A stretch of 57,492 nt of DNA from an uncultured Clostridium sp. (GTDB taxonomy: Bacteria > Bacillota_I > Bacilli_A > RF39 > UBA660): positions 1-57,492 of the forward strand of contig CAZYRI010000002.1 of assembly GCA_964649575.1 (NCBI GenBank), given 5' to 3'. The position numbers were made by a program, and so were the translations under genes. Shown here one piece after another: positions 27,267 through 35,930 of this stretch. Below the pieces are notes generated by a model, which had not been told where the DNA came from, made no database searches, and saw only the letters and a program-made list of their open reading frames with translations. Each line of letters starts with the position of its first letter. Positions within the stretch are counted from its first letter, which is position 1.

Positions 27267-29024
27267 ATGAAAAAAACAAATACTGGTTATACATCTATTG
27301 ATATGCCACAAAATGTAGGACATAACTTTTTTGAGAAGAATCCTTTTATTCCAAACATGAGTGTATATTCTGCGATTAGAGCATTAAATACATTTTATAA
27401 GGATAATACTGCAATAAATTGTATGGATTTGAATGTAAATTATGGGGAGATGTTTAAAGATTCTGTTACTATATCTTTAGCATTAAAAGAATTAGGAGTT
27501 AAAAAGGGAGATATAATTGCTGTTAGTATGCCAAATTTTTATCAAGCTGTTGCTGTTTTTATGGCTTGTAATAGAATTGGTGCTGTAACTACATTTATAA
27601 ATAGTTATGCTAGCCAAGAAGAAATTAATGAATATCTTAATTTATTTTCATCACCAATTTTTATTAATTATGATAAAAGTATTGATGAAAATTTATCAAT
27701 TAAATCTAATACTTGTGTTAGAAATATTATTACACTTGGAAAAAATAATGTTAATGATAGAAACTTAGCTAATAATTATACAATTACTGGTAGAGATGAT
27801 ATTTTGGATTTCAATACTTTAGGAAGTCTTGCTAAATTTCAGAAAAAGGGTATTGAATTTTCTTCTGGTAAGGATGATTCATTAATACTATTTACTAGTG
27901 GTTCAACTGGCAAACCTAAATCAGTTGTGTTAACAAATGAAAATATTTTGGCAGCTGGAACTTATTTAAAAAATTCTAGTGGAGCTTCAAATTTAAAAGA
28001 TAGTAGTACACTAGTTTGTGTTCCATTTACTTATCCTTATGGATTTGCTACATCAACTTTAATGACTTTATTAACTGGTAAAACTGCAATTTTAGCACCT
28101 AATATGTCTAAGGATACAATATCTTATTATTTAAAAAAGAATCCAAATATTATATTTGGTTCGCCAGCTTTATTAGAGTTAATTATGAAAAATGTTCCTG
28201 ATTCTCAAGATTTATCTTCTGTAAATACTTTTGTTTCAGGTGGAGATTTTTTAAGTGTACAACAAAATGAAAGAGGTAAAAAGTTTTTTGAAAATCATGG
28301 AGCTTCTAATGTTGTTATTGGAAATGGAAGTGGAAATGCTGAAACAGTTAGTTGTGGAACAAATCCAGTAGGATTAAATGTTAGACCAGAAACTGCTGGG
28401 AAAGTACTTGTAGGCACTAGTGCTATGATTGTTGATCCTGATACATTAGAAGAAAAGAAATATGGAGAAAATGGTTTATTATTAGTAAATGGTAAACATG
28501 TTTTTAAAGAATATTATAAAGAACCAGAATTAACTAAACAAGCTAAGGTAGTTATTAATGGTAAAGAATATTTTAAAACTGGTACTATGGGTTCAATTGA
28601 TAATGAAGGTTACTTTCATTTATCTGGTAGGGAGTCAAGATTTTATATAATTTCGACTTTAAATAAAGTATATTGTGATCATGTTCAGACAATATTATCA
28701 GCATTAGATTGTGTTGAAAGTTGTGCTATTGTTAAAGTACCTGATAAAGATATGTTATATGTTAATAAAGCATATATTGTATTAAAACCTGGTTATACTC
28801 CTGATGAAAAAACTTTAGATCAAATAAAATATTTATGTAGTTTACCAGTCAAGGTAAATGATACTGAAATTGAACAATTAAAATGGTATGAAATTCCTAC
28901 TTATTATGAATTTGTATCTGAATTACCAAAAAGGCAAGGTACTGAAAAAGTTGATTATGCTTTATTAGAACAAAAAGCTCTTGATGAGTTAAATAATAAT
29001 TTATCTTTAAAATTAAGCAAATAA
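27267..29024 (+). CDS. AMP-binding enzyme (acyl-CoA/acyl-ACP synthetase family)
   Basis: LFTSGSTGKPKSVVLTNENI (AMP-binding core motif), GNGSGNAET, GTMGSIDNEGYFHLSGR. The ORF opens at 27261, but the RBS GAAGGGGA favours 27267. Confidence 0.85.
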   Translation: MKKTNTGYTSIDMPQNVGHNFFEKNPFIPNMSVYSAIRALNTFYKDNTAINCMDLNVNYGEMFKDSVTISLALKELGVKKGDIIAVSMPNFYQAVAVFMACNRIGAVTTFINSYASQEEINEYLNLFSSPIFINYDKSIDENLSIKSNTCVRNIITLGKNNVNDRNLANNYTITGRDDILDFNTLGSLAKFQKKGIEFSSGKDDSLILFTSGSTGKPKSVVLTNENILAAGTYLKNSSGASNLKDSSTLVCVPFTYPYGFATSTLMTLLTGKTAILAPNMSKDTISYYLKKNPNIIFGSPALLELIMKNVPDSQDLSSVNTFVSGGDFLSVQQNERGKKFFENHGASNVVIGNGSGNAETVSCGTNPVGLNVRPETAGKVLVGTSAMIVDPDTLEEKKYGENGLLLVNGKHVFKEYYKEPELTKQAKVVINGKEYFKTGTMGSIDNEGYFHLSGRESRFYIISTLNKVYCDHVQTILSALDCVESCAIVKVPDKDMLYVNKAYIVLKPGYTPDEKTLDQIKYLCSLPVKVNDTEIEQLKWYEIPTYYEFVSELPKRQGTEKVDYALLEQKALDELNNNLSLKLSK

Positions 29025-29048
29025 TATGAAAAATATTTGCTTTTTTTT
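29015..29048 (+). terminator. Rho-independent terminator
   Basis: aagcaaata-(10 nt)-tatttgctt plus T8, overlapping the stop codon. Confidence 0.7.
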
Positions 29049-29104
29049 AATGAAAAAACAATTATATTGTTGTATAATATTTTTAACATAAGGAGTTGAT
29101 AGTC

Positions 29105-30940
29105 ATGGGTAGTAGTATCTTTTTTCCTTTAGGAGCTTTACCTTTTAGTATTTTAATGATAGTTTTATTCACTCATAAAACTAATTCTTATAATAAAGAA
29201 ACAAAAATATATAAGGTATTATTATTTTCTAATTTGTTTGGTCTTATATTAGAATTGTTATGTACACTCGCTTCTTCAATATATAATAATTATTCTTTTA
29301 TAAGTAATTTTATATTTAAGTCATATTTATTTTATATGATAGTTTGGATTTCTACACTTGCTTATTATGTTTTTAGTATTTCTTCTGAAAATCAGAATAA
29401 TATTTTTAAAAGTAGATATACATTATTTGCTATATATTATAGTATCATCATTATTGCTCTTGTATTTTTACCAATTCAGTTATTTATAAGTGATGACTTT
29501 CAAGTTAGATATACTACTGGATTAAGTGTTAATTTGGCATACTTTATTTCTATTATAGCTATTATTTTTATTTTTATAGTTTTAATATTAAATTATAAAA
29601 AATTATCAAATAAAAAATATTTTCCAATTATTATTTTCTTTATTATAGGTTTAGCAGCCATGTATATTCAGTTTAATTTTCCAGAACTTTTATTATTGAC
29701 ATATGTAGAAACTTTTATTACTGCGATTATGTATTTTACTATTGAGAATCCTGATGTAAAGATGATTGAACAATTAAATAAAGCTCGTGATGAAGCTATT
29801 AAAGCTAATCAAGCTAAAACTGATTTTTTAAGTAGTATGTCTCATGAAATAAGAACTCCTTTAAATGCTATATGTGGTTTTAGTAATAGTTTACTTGAGA
29901 GTGATGGGATAAGTAATGAAGCTAAAGAAGATGTTAAAAATATTATTATGGCTAGTGATACATTACTTGAACTTGTTAATGGTATTTTAGATATTTCTAA
30001 AATTGAAGCTAATAAACTTGAAATTGTTGATTCTGTTTATAGTTTTAAGAAAGTGTATGAAGAACTTATTTTACTTACTAAAGCTAGAATAGGTGAGAAA
30101 CCTATTGATTTTAGATATAATTATGATGAAACAATACCAGAGTATTTGTATGGTGATGGTGTTAGAGTTAAACAAGTAATAATTAACTTACTTACTAATT
30201 CTGCTAAATATACAAAGGAAGGTTATATAGATTTTAAGATAAACAGTATTTGTAAAGATAATATTATAAGATTAATTATAAGTGTTGAAGATTCTGGTAT
30301 TGGAATTAAGAAAGAAAGTATTGATAAGCTATTTACAAAGTTTGAAAGACTTGGTGTTGAAAAACAAACAACTACTGAAGGAACTGGTCTTGGGCTTGCA
30401 ATTACTAAGAAACTTGTTGAAATGATGGGTGGAAAAATAGTAGTTCAAAGTATATATGGTAAAGGCAGTATATTTACAGTATCTATTGATCAAAGAGTTC
30501 TTAGTGAGGAAGAACTTAATAAAGTAATGAAAGAAAAAGTAAATGAAGAAGAGACTAGTGAAATAATAGATGCGACTGGTAAAAATGTTTTAGTAGTTGA
30601 TGATAATTTATTAAATCTTAAAGTTGCTGAAAGACTTTTAAAAGTATATAAATGCAATATTACTTTTGCTAGTAGTGGAAGTGAATGTTTAGATAAAGTA
30701 AGTAATAATAAATATGATTTAATATTACTTGATGATATGATGCCTAGAATGACTGGTAGTGAAACACTTTTGAAATTAAAAGAAATGGATTTATTTGATA
30801 CACCAGTCGTTGCTTTAACAGCTAATGCGATTACAGGTATGAAAGAGGAATATATAGGTAAAGGATTTAATGATTATTTAAGCAAACCAATTGTTAAGGA
30901 AGATTTAAATAGGGTTATGAAAAAATATTTGAAGAAATAA
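29105..30940 (+). CDS. Hybrid sensor histidine kinase: polytopic membrane N-domain, HisKA, HATPase_c and a C-terminal receiver
   Basis: ~6 TM helices. H-box FLSSMSHEIRTPLNAI. N/G boxes are NLLTNSAKYT, DSGIGI and GTGLGLAI. The receiver is VLVVDDN...ILLDDMMPRMTG...ALTANA...K. Confidence 0.88.
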   Translation: MGSSIFFPLGALPFSILMIVLFTHKTNSYNKETKIYKVLLFSNLFGLILELLCTLASSIYNNYSFISNFIFKSYLFYMIVWISTLAYYVFSISSENQNNIFKSRYTLFAIYYSIIIIALVFLPIQLFISDDFQVRYTTGLSVNLAYFISIIAIIFIFIVLILNYKKLSNKKYFPIIIFFIIGLAAMYIQFNFPELLLLTYVETFITAIMYFTIENPDVKMIEQLNKARDEAIKANQAKTDFLSSMSHEIRTPLNAICGFSNSLLESDGISNEAKEDVKNIIMASDTLLELVNGILDISKIEANKLEIVDSVYSFKKVYEELILLTKARIGEKPIDFRYNYDETIPEYLYGDGVRVKQVIINLLTNSAKYTKEGYIDFKINSICKDNIIRLIISVEDSGIGIKKESIDKLFTKFERLGVEKQTTTEGTGLGLAITKKLVEMMGGKIVVQSIYGKGSIFTVSIDQRVLSEEELNKVMKEKVNEEETSEIIDATGKNVLVVDDNLLNLKVAERLLKVYKCNITFASSGSECLDKVSNNKYDLILLDDMMPRMTGSETLLKLKEMDLFDTPVVALTANAITGMKEEYIGKGFNDYLSKPIVKEDLNRVMKKYLKK

Positions 30941-30982
30941 AAAAATATGCTATAATGGTTGTAGGGTAAGGCAGGTAGGAAA

Positions 30983-31762
30983 ATGGAAGATGTTAATTTA
31001 TTAGTAACAAATGGAGTTAATATAGAAAAAGCATTAGAACTTTTCGGCGATATGGAAATGTACAATGCAACTTTAAAAGATTTTTTAGATATGGTTGAAG
31101 GTAAACTTTCAGCTTTAAAAAGATTTAGGGAGACAGGCGATATGCCTAATTATGCAATTGAAGCTCACTCTTTAAAAAGTGATGCTAGATATTTAGGATT
31201 TGTTGATTTAGCTGAACTTGCTTATCAATTTGAACTTAAAAGTAAAGCAAATGATATAATGTTTATTTATGATAATTATACTAAACTTATTAATGAAGCT
31301 AGAAGAATGATTAATGTTTCTAAAAAATATTTAGGTATGGATATAAAAGATGATTTAATTGCTGATATGACTAATCAAGTAAAATATGAATCTATATTAA
31401 TTGTAGATGATTCTAACTTAGTAGCTAATTTTATTAAAAAAATATTTAATGATAAATATGATTGTATTATTGCTCATGATGGGGCTGAAGCTATTGAAGC
31501 AATTAATTCGCCTGATAGTTATAGAATTAAATGTTGTTTACTTGATTTAAATATGCCTAATGTAAATGGATTTGAAGTTCTTGAATATTTTAGAAAAAAT
31601 AATTTATTTGTTAAAGTTCCTGTATCAATAATAACTGGTAATGATACTAGAGAACAAGTAAGTGAAGCATTTAATTATCCAATAATTGATTTATTATCTA
31701 AGCCATTTAATGAAAGAGATATAAAGAGAATTATTGAAAAAACTTTAGCAAATTATAATTAA
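30983..31762 (+). CDS. Hpt (histidine phosphotransfer) domain fused to a stand-alone receiver domain
   Basis: The Hpt motif is AIEAHSLKSDARYLGF. The receiver is ILIVDDS...CLLDLNMPNVNG...IITGN...SKP. No DNA-binding or enzymatic output is present. Confidence 0.8.
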   Translation: MEDVNLLVTNGVNIEKALELFGDMEMYNATLKDFLDMVEGKLSALKRFRETGDMPNYAIEAHSLKSDARYLGFVDLAELAYQFELKSKANDIMFIYDNYTKLINEARRMINVSKKYLGMDIKDDLIADMTNQVKYESILIVDDSNLVANFIKKIFNDKYDCIIAHDGAEAIEAINSPDSYRIKCCLLDLNMPNVNGFEVLEYFRKNNLFVKVPVSIITGNDTREQVSEAFNYPIIDLLSKPFNERDIKRIIEKTLANYN

Positions 31763-31784
31763 GAGTTGAAACTCTTTTTTATTT
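31761..31784 (+). terminator. Weak Rho-independent terminator
   Basis: aagagt-tgaa-actctt followed by a T run. Confidence 0.45.
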
Positions 31785-31815
31785 GGGTTATCATATTTTT
31801 AAGGAGATGAAAAAT

Positions 31816-33078
31816 ATGGAAGTACCATTTAAAAAATGTGATATTTTAATTCCTAAGAAGGGAATTAATTATAATTTATGGAGTGTTATTGCTTGTGATC
31901 AATATACAAGTCAAGTTGAATATTGGGATAAGGTAAAAGAGTTAGTTGGAGAAAATCCATCAACATATAATATTATTTTACCTGAAGTATATCTTGAAAA
32001 TAATGATGTAGAGGACAGAATAAAGAAAATTAATGAAACAATGAATGCTTATTTAAATGAAGATTTATTTGAAACATTACATGACACTATGATTTATCTT
32101 GAAAGAACTGATTCTACTGGTAAAGTAAGAGAAGGTCTTATTGGTATGATAGATTTAGATAGTTATGATTATAATGTTGGTAGTAAGAGTTTAGTAAGAG
32201 CTACTGAAAAAACTGTTATAGAAAGAATTCCACCTAGAAAGAAGGTTAGAATTGATGCAGCTCTTGAACTTCCTCATATTATGATTTTAATAGATGATGA
32301 AAAGAAGGATATTATTGAGTCATTAAAAAATAAGGTTACAAGTGATGATGTAGTTTATGATTTTGATTTAATGATGAATGGTGGTCATGCTAAGGGGTAT
32401 AAATTAAATGATGCTGTTATTGATGAGGTAACGAAAAAACTTGGTGATTTAGGTGAACTTGAATACTTCAATAATAAGTATGGTATTAACGAAACTGCAC
32501 CTTGTGTTTATGCTATGGGTGATGGAAATCATAGTTTAGCTACTGCTAAAGCATGTTATGAAGAGTTAAAAGAAAAAATTGGTGAAGATGCAGCTAAAAA
32601 TAGTCCTGCTAGATATGCTCTAGTTGAACTTGTTAATATTCATAGTGCCGCTCTTGATTTTGAACCAATTCATAGAGTTATATTTGATTGTGATGTTGAA
32701 CATTTACTTACTAATTTATATAAAAAGTTTAAAATTAATACTGATGGTAATGGTCAAAAATTAACTTATATTACTAGTGCAGGTGAAAAAACAATTTATA
32801 TTGAAGATCCAACAAGTAATTTAGCAGTTGGTACATTACAATGTTTCTTAGATGAATATTTAAAAGAATTTGCTGGTAAAATTGATTATATTCATGGTGA
32901 TGATGTTACTAGAAGTATGGGAAGTGAACAAAATAATATAGGATTCTTACTTCCTAAAATGGAAAAGAGTGATTTGTTTAAATCAGTTATATTAGACGGT
33001 GCTCTTCCAAGAAAGACATTTAGTATGGGGCACTCAGATGATAAGAGATTCTATCTTGAATGTAGGAGAATTAAGTAA
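31816..33078 (+). CDS. DUF1015-family protein
   Basis: ~420 aa. I recognise the overall pattern as DUF1015-like (N-terminal ...F.K..ILIP, ...VIACDQYTS..., IADGNHS-type 'MGDGNHSLATAK', ...EPIHR). The ORF opens at 31783, but the RBS AAGGAG favours ATG 31816. Confidence 0.6.
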   Translation: MEVPFKKCDILIPKKGINYNLWSVIACDQYTSQVEYWDKVKELVGENPSTYNIILPEVYLENNDVEDRIKKINETMNAYLNEDLFETLHDTMIYLERTDSTGKVREGLIGMIDLDSYDYNVGSKSLVRATEKTVIERIPPRKKVRIDAALELPHIMILIDDEKKDIIESLKNKVTSDDVVYDFDLMMNGGHAKGYKLNDAVIDEVTKKLGDLGELEYFNNKYGINETAPCVYAMGDGNHSLATAKACYEELKEKIGEDAAKNSPARYALVELVNIHSAALDFEPIHRVIFDCDVEHLLTNLYKKFKINTDGNGQKLTYITSAGEKTIYIEDPTSNLAVGTLQCFLDEYLKEFAGKIDYIHGDDVTRSMGSEQNNIGFLLPKMEKSDLFKSVILDGALPRKTFSMGHSDDKRFYLECRRIK

Positions 33079-33086
33079 GAATATAA

Positions 33087-33120
33087 AAAATGTATTTGTG
33101 GTGAATACATTTTTATTTTA
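33087..33120 (+). terminator. Rho-independent terminator
   Basis: aatgtatt-tgtggtg-aatacatt followed by TTTTATTTT. Confidence 0.7.
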
Positions 33121-33190
33121 AGTAAATTTTAAAATTAAAACATTGTATTTTAAATGTAGATTTGCTATTATTTATAATAGGTGATGGTAT

Positions 33191-35092
33191 ATGAGATTGT
33201 ATAAAAAATATTTATATTTAATATTATTTATGGTGTTTTTAATGACCAATGTTAATGCTGCATCAGTTTATTCTACTTATGATATTGCTATGAAAAATAC
33301 TGATACATATATTACTAAATTTAATAAATATAATTTATTTATTGATTCTAATAATAAGTATTTTTATAATGGTAGTGCATTAAGTAAATTAACTGGTTTT
33401 ATTAATGGAGGTTTTTTAAATAAATATGAGTTTGATACTTCTCTTGATAGTAACAATGATTCTTATTTAATAACTGGTTCTAGATATTGGACTATGACTG
33501 GTTCTAACAATTTAGTTTATTATTTAGATATTAGAAAGTTAAATAGGGCTTTTAGTAATGATAGTTTGGAATCGAGAATTACTGAGCTTATTATTCCAGA
33601 AACTATGGTAACAGGTACTGGTAGTCATGATAATCCTTGGGTATTTGTAGTGCCTGAATTTAAAATAACAATTAATATTCAAAATGCTAGTATTAATGGA
33701 AATAAGACTATTAATGAAACTATTGTTGGTTATAATAAAACTTATAGTTTAACTCCAGATCAAAGTTATTATATATTTAAAAATAAAGATGGAGACTTAG
33801 TATGCGATAATACTATTGGCAGTTATAAAATTGTAGATAATAAACTTATTCTTGATGATTTAAAAGGAAATGGAAGTTGTACTATTAAATACAGAGGTAT
33901 GGATGTTGTAGCTAATATTGTTGCGACTAATGGCACTTCACAATCTACAAAATTAACTGGTGAAGCAGGTGATACATTAAGTGCTGAAGTTAATCCTAAT
34001 AATGGTTATGCTTATGATAGTATTAGTTGTACTAATAGTCAGAATGGTAGTTATTCTTCAAAAAAGTTAACTATTACTAATATTACAAAAGATACAACTT
34101 GTACTGTTACTTATGGTAAACCAAATTCAAAAACATTTACTTTTGTAGCAAGCGAGCAAACATATAATGTAGAATATAGTGGTTATTATATTTTAGATAG
34201 CTATGGAGCACAAGGTGAAAATGGAGGAAAAGGTGCTAAAGCTACTGGTACAATTTATTTAAATAAAGGTGATATTCTTACTATTAATACTGGTGGTGCT
34301 GGTAGTAATAGTGGTTCTTCTAAAGGATATAATGGTGGAGGATCTGGTCAATATTATGGTGGTGGAGCATCTACTGTTAAAAGAAATGGAACTATATTAA
34401 TTGCTGCTGCTGGTGGAGGTGGCGGAGTGAATGGAACTGATGGCGGAACTGGTTCAGGTAAAGGTGGTGCCAGTGTTGGAGCTGGTGAAGGAGCTAGTGG
34501 AACAAATGCTGGCGGTGGAGGCTCTAGTTATGACTATCATTATCAAGCAAATTGTAGTAATTGTTATTATGGAAGCAATACTTGTACAGGAGGTTATATT
34601 TCTACTAACTGTAGTAGTTGCCATCATACTGTAAAGGAATGTCAAGGTGCATATGAGTCATATACATATGGAAGTAGTGGAGGTTCTGTTTGTACTACTT
34701 GTGTTAATGGTAGCTATGGTTCTACCTATGATTCAACTAATAATGTAAATTGCGGAAGTGATCAAAAAGTTTGGTCTTGTGGAAGCTGGCCTACTTGTGG
34801 CAATAGTGGTTCAGTTTGTAAGTCTTGCTCTGGATATTGTGTTGGACAAAAATATAATTCTTGTGCTTCCTATAGTTATCAATGTGTTTATGGTTGCGAT
34901 GAAACATATAGTGCATGTGCAACTGGTTCAAATACTTGTTCATATGGATGTGATAATTTAACTAAAAATTATTTACCGGGAAATGGTGGAACTAATATAT
35001 TTTCTTCAGCACTGAAAAATGTAAGTGAGAATTATGGAAGTAGAACTTCTGATGGAGAAGTAACAATTAGTTTTCATGGGGAGGATTTATAA
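33191..35092 (+). CDS. Secreted multidomain protein P1: shared N-domain, Ig-like middle region, ALK/LTK-type glycine-rich domain and a CxxC-rich tail
   Basis: Signal peptide ...MTNVNA/AS. The N-domain is shared with 35931 and 51107 and ends GTGSHDNPWVFV. The glycine-rich domain pattern is YNVEYSGYYILDSYGAQGENGGKGAKATGTIYLNKGDILTINTGGAG...GYNGGGSG..YGGGASTVKRNGTILIAAAGGGGG. About 20 Cys occur in the following ~130 aa. Confidence 0.8.
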   Translation: MRLYKKYLYLILFMVFLMTNVNAASVYSTYDIAMKNTDTYITKFNKYNLFIDSNNKYFYNGSALSKLTGFINGGFLNKYEFDTSLDSNNDSYLITGSRYWTMTGSNNLVYYLDIRKLNRAFSNDSLESRITELIIPETMVTGTGSHDNPWVFVVPEFKITINIQNASINGNKTINETIVGYNKTYSLTPDQSYYIFKNKDGDLVCDNTIGSYKIVDNKLILDDLKGNGSCTIKYRGMDVVANIVATNGTSQSTKLTGEAGDTLSAEVNPNNGYAYDSISCTNSQNGSYSSKKLTITNITKDTTCTVTYGKPNSKTFTFVASEQTYNVEYSGYYILDSYGAQGENGGKGAKATGTIYLNKGDILTINTGGAGSNSGSSKGYNGGGSGQYYGGGASTVKRNGTILIAAAGGGGGVNGTDGGTGSGKGGASVGAGEGASGTNAGGGGSSYDYHYQANCSNCYYGSNTCTGGYISTNCSSCHHTVKECQGAYESYTYGSSGGSVCTTCVNGSYGSTYDSTNNVNCGSDQKVWSCGSWPTCGNSGSVCKSCSGYCVGQKYNSCASYSYQCVYGCDETYSACATGSNTCSYGCDNLTKNYLPGNGGTNIFSSALKNVSENYGSRTSDGEVTISFHGEDL

Positions 35093-35502
35093 TGAAAAAG
35101 GTATTAATAATAATAATCTGTTTAATTATGATTGTTGGTTGTAAAAACAATAAAAATGAAAGTGATAATAAAACTACTACAACAACCACAATAACAAATA
35201 CTACTAAATATGTTGAACCAGCTGTATTTACTAAAATGGATATAAATAGAAAATTATATGACTTTGGAATAGAAATATATAAAAATAATTCATATACAAG
35301 GTATTCTAAAGTAAATGGAAAATACTTTATAAGTTTAAATGATATGGTAAAAGATTTTAAATTTGATGATTCTAAAATGATTGGTGCAACTTCTAAAAAA
35401 GTTTGCGACCATGAAAAAACAGGTATATATTTTGATATAGATAATGTAGAAAAAGTAGAATATAAAGAATATCCAATATTAATAGCTGTATATTGTGATT
35501 AG
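35092..35502 (+). CDS. Small lipoprotein L1 (poly-Thr linker type), paralog of 37207-37599
   Basis: Lipobox IVGC, then a TTTTTTITNTT linker, then ...YFISLNDM...FDDSKM...KKVCDHEKTGIYFDIDNVEKVEYKEYPILIAVYCD. The ATG overlaps the P1 stop by 1 nt, and RBS GGGGAGGA precedes it. Confidence 0.8.
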   Translation: MKKVLIIIICLIMIVGCKNNKNESDNKTTTTTTITNTTKYVEPAVFTKMDINRKLYDFGIEIYKNNSYTRYSKVNGKYFISLNDMVKDFKFDDSKMIGATSKKVCDHEKTGIYFDIDNVEKVEYKEYPILIAVYCD

Positions 35503-35509
35503 GAGGCAT

Positions 35510-35851
35510 ATGAAAAAAATATTTATGATAATATTATCAGCTTTTATTGCAATTTTACTTACTGGTTGTGGTAAAACTGATGAAGAAATAGAAAAAGATT
35601 TTGAAAATAAAGTAAGCAATACATTGATGGATTATTCATTACAAATATATAATAAAAAGCAATATTTAAATTATAAAATAAGTGATACTGAGTATTATAT
35701 ATCTTTAAAAAGTTTAAAAGACTTAGGATATGATACTTCTATGTTTATAAAGCCAACTAATAAGGTTTCATGTGATAGTGAAAAAACTGGTATTACAATA
35801 ACTATAATTGATGAAACATTTAGTTCATCATTTAGTTCACTTTGTAAGTAA
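35510..35851 (+). CDS. Small lipoprotein L2, paralog of 37675-38025
   Basis: Lipobox LTGC, then ...YYISLKSLKDLGYD...KVSCDSEKTGITITI...SSLCK. The ORF opens at GTG 35495, and ATG 35510 follows AGGAGG. Confidence 0.75.
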   Translation: MKKIFMIILSAFIAILLTGCGKTDEEIEKDFENKVSNTLMDYSLQIYNKKQYLNYKISDTEYYISLKSLKDLGYDTSMFIKPTNKVSCDSEKTGITITIIDETFSSSFSSLCK

Positions 35852-35930
35852 TTTAGAAATATATATTTTTTTAATAAATTTGTGTTTATAAATGTTTAGC
35901 ATGTGCTATAATTACAATAGGAGGATGTAT

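Noticed and set aside
34431-34961. Alternative-frame and antisense ORFs (34431-34634 on +, 34454-34645 on -, 34758-34961 on +) inside the Gly/Cys-rich part of P1
   Set aside because: They are a by-product of GGT/GGA/TGT/AGT-rich repetitive codons, which leave the other frames free of stops. Their products are nonsensical hydrophobic strings with no start context.
35150-35215. Poly-Thr runs (also 37285-37315) and the poly-Asp/poly-Ser runs (52567-52650), considered as slipped-strand phase-variation tracts
   Set aside because: The runs are encoded by mixed synonymous codons (aca/act/acc, gat/gac, agt/tca/agc), not by homopolymeric or perfect short tandem DNA repeats. Contingency-locus behaviour is therefore not supported.
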